A stretch of 52,575 nucleotides of DNA, counting the filler, from Sphacelaria rigidula (Eukaryota): the NCBI GenBank assembly GCA_964200075.2. It is 4 parts of 4 records of this genome, joined end to end, with 100 filler letters (N's around TTAATTAATTAA, not from the genome) between each part and the next. Parts side by side here need not be neighbours in the genome. Positions count along the whole stretch, not along the records: positions 39,508 to 52,575 come from CAXNAA020003179.1; 3 more parts are not named here. The stretch is one strand, 5' to 3'. Under the pieces are notes generated by a model. It had not been told where the DNA came from. It searched no databases and worked only from the letters and a program-made list of their open reading frames with translations. Numbering within the stretch: the stretch's first letter is position 1; each line of letters opens with the position of its first letter. Shown in pieces: positions 50,930 to 52,575 of the stretch. The position numbers and the translations under genes are program-made.

Positions 50930-51700
50930 TTCTTGTTCGTCTTCGCGTCGCCACGTGTCCTCGAACTTCTCCTCCCTTTTCTCAACTCCAACACGTCATT
51001 TGCCTACGCCGCAGTGACCTAATTGTGCGCATGTTTGACCTAGACATACCATTTCCATGGCGCTCTCATGCATGGTAGAGCTCCTAGTCCACCTAGGTAT
51101 CTCCTAAAGGTTGTCCCCATAGTGTATGGGGAGGCAGCCAGCCTCCTTAGGCCCTTGTGCGGCTGACGGTCCGTGGTAATGATTGGGGAAGACGCGTTTC
51201 GTTCTGCAGGACAAGGGCCCCCGCGAATCTCAGTTGATGCTTCGGTTCGTTCGCAGATGGCCATTTCGAGCACAGCTCTGTACGAAAGAGTCTTGCAGCC
51301 CGTTCGATTTCCCTGCAGATTCCAACCACGTGTAGCAAAAGCTTGTGATGGGCAGTGCGAAGACTGTCGAAGTCCCCGAAACGTACGATGAATGTGGCAC
51401 TTCCGGGCGACAGAGCTTCCGCCACCTATACTGTGAGCAGCCGAACTTCCAAAGATAGCTGGACGTTGATATGATCCTGGAGTGGGGAACGATACTTTCG
51501 GAGACGTGCCCACGCTGGGCTGATTCGGCAGTTGATTTCTATGGAAACCTTCGTATCCACGGTAGCAGCACGAAGGTAGACAAAGTTTGCAGCCTGCTTA
51601 TACCATTGACCTGCCTCGGTGATAGGCAGGGCGATCTCTGTGGGAACTTGGTACTGACCACAGGTGCATGTTACTTCCGTTTTTTCACTGTCGTCAGGTA
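50930..51700 (-). pseudogene. Decayed LINE fragment related to the 1337-4204 element
   Basis: Minus strand 'EAGQWYKQAANFVYLRAATVDTKVSIEINCRISPAWARLRKY' and 'LRTAHHKLLLHVVG...LRFAGALVLQNETRLPQ' parallel the post-RT region of the first LINE. Confidence 0.75.
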
Positions 51701-51825
51701 GAGCAGTGGAATGAATGGCAAATCAGGTGAACGTGAGCAGCAAGTGTTTTTTGGAACAGCCGTCGTTGGATACTGTACGAGGCTGATTCCCTCACGCCTG
51801 CAGACACGTGGAGTTCTACTCATAG

Positions 51826-52575
51826 TGCACCGGGGACGAGATTGTGAACGTTCAACGCAAGGCGCGCTGTAGGGAGGGCTGCCTCAAGATAGCGTTGTTT
51901 GGGCTGGAGGCAAGCAGGAAGGCAGAATTCTGCTCACAGCACACCGAAGACGGGATGGTGAATGTTCATCGCAAGGCGTGCTGCAGGGAGGGTTGCTTCA
52001 AGATAGCGTCGTTTGGGTTTGCGGGAAGCAAGAAGGCGGAGTTCTGCTCCCAGCATGCCGAAGAAGGGATGGTGTATGTCGTCAACAAGGCGTGCCGCAG
52101 GAAGGGCAGCTCGAAGCCACCGTCGTATTGGTTGGCGGGAAGCAAGAAGGCAGAGTTTTGCTCACAGCACGCCTTAGACGGGATGGTGAATGTCCATCGC
52201 AAGGCGTGCTGCAGGGAGGGCTGCTTCACGATACCGTCGTTTGGGCTGGCCGGAAGCAAGAGGGGGGAGTTGTGCTCACAGCACGCGGGGGACGGGATGG
52301 TGAATGTTAGGGACAAGACGTGCTGCAGGGAGGGCTGCTTTAAGATAGCGTCGTTTGGGCTGGCGGGAAGCAAAAAGGGGGAGTTGTGCTCACAGCACGC
52401 CGAAGACGGGATGGTGAATGTCAAGAACAAGGCGTGCTGCAGAGAGGGTTGCTTCACGATACCGTCGTTTGGGCTGGCGGGAAGCAAGAAGGCGGAGTTC
52501 TGCTCCCAGCATGCCAAAGAAGGAATGGTGAATGTCGTCAACAAGACGTGCCGCAGGGAGGGCTGCGATCGGAAG
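51826..52575 (+). CDS. EsV-1-7-type cysteine-rich repeat protein (38-aa repeats), running off the window end
   Basis: An open frame with a 114-nt period (ATG GTG at 51955, 52069, 52183, 52297, 52411, 52525). The unit MVNVxxKxCCREGCxxxxSFGLAGSKKAEFCSQHAxDG matches the C-x4-C-x16-C-x2-H EsV-1-7 motif. It is absent from the ORF track. Upstream degenerate units contain stops. Confidence 0.88.

Noticed and set aside
51966..52544. 192-aa minus-strand ORF and the 51978-52310 plus-strand ORF
   Set aside because: These are shadow frames of the EsV-1-7 repeat, whose true frame carries the conserved Cys/His motif.

Overview
This is eukaryotic, intron-rich and repeat-rich DNA, very probably from a brown alga (Phaeophyceae). 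The evidence is an EsV-1-7 cysteine-repeat gene, a POMP-like adhesin exon, CCCTAA/TTAGGG telomeric-type motifs and long GT-AG introns. The window is not one continuous locus: it is four blocks of about 13.07 kb joined by identical 100-nt N44-TTAATTAATTAA-N44 linkers. Block 1 holds a decayed LINE with an apparent target-site duplication and the first three exons of a class II DnaJ/Hsp40 gene. Block 2 holds a decayed DIRS/Ngaro-like retroelement, three copies of a TGT...ACA MITE carrying telomeric repeats, a piggyBac-type MITE, an internally deleted copia fragment, and head-to-head first exons of a POMP-like gene (-) and a GH114-like gene (+). Block 3 holds 11 in-frame exons (about 758 aa, open at both ends) of a GW/Q/G/Y-rich low-complexity protein with two consecutive probable GC-AG introns. 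Block 4 is mostly MITEs, SINE pieces, a 42-bp minisatellite, a duplication and a LINE fragment, and ends in a 114-bp-periodic EsV-1-7 repeat array. Most six-frame ORFs in the track are spurious. All family assignments come from motif recognition by eye, not from database searches.
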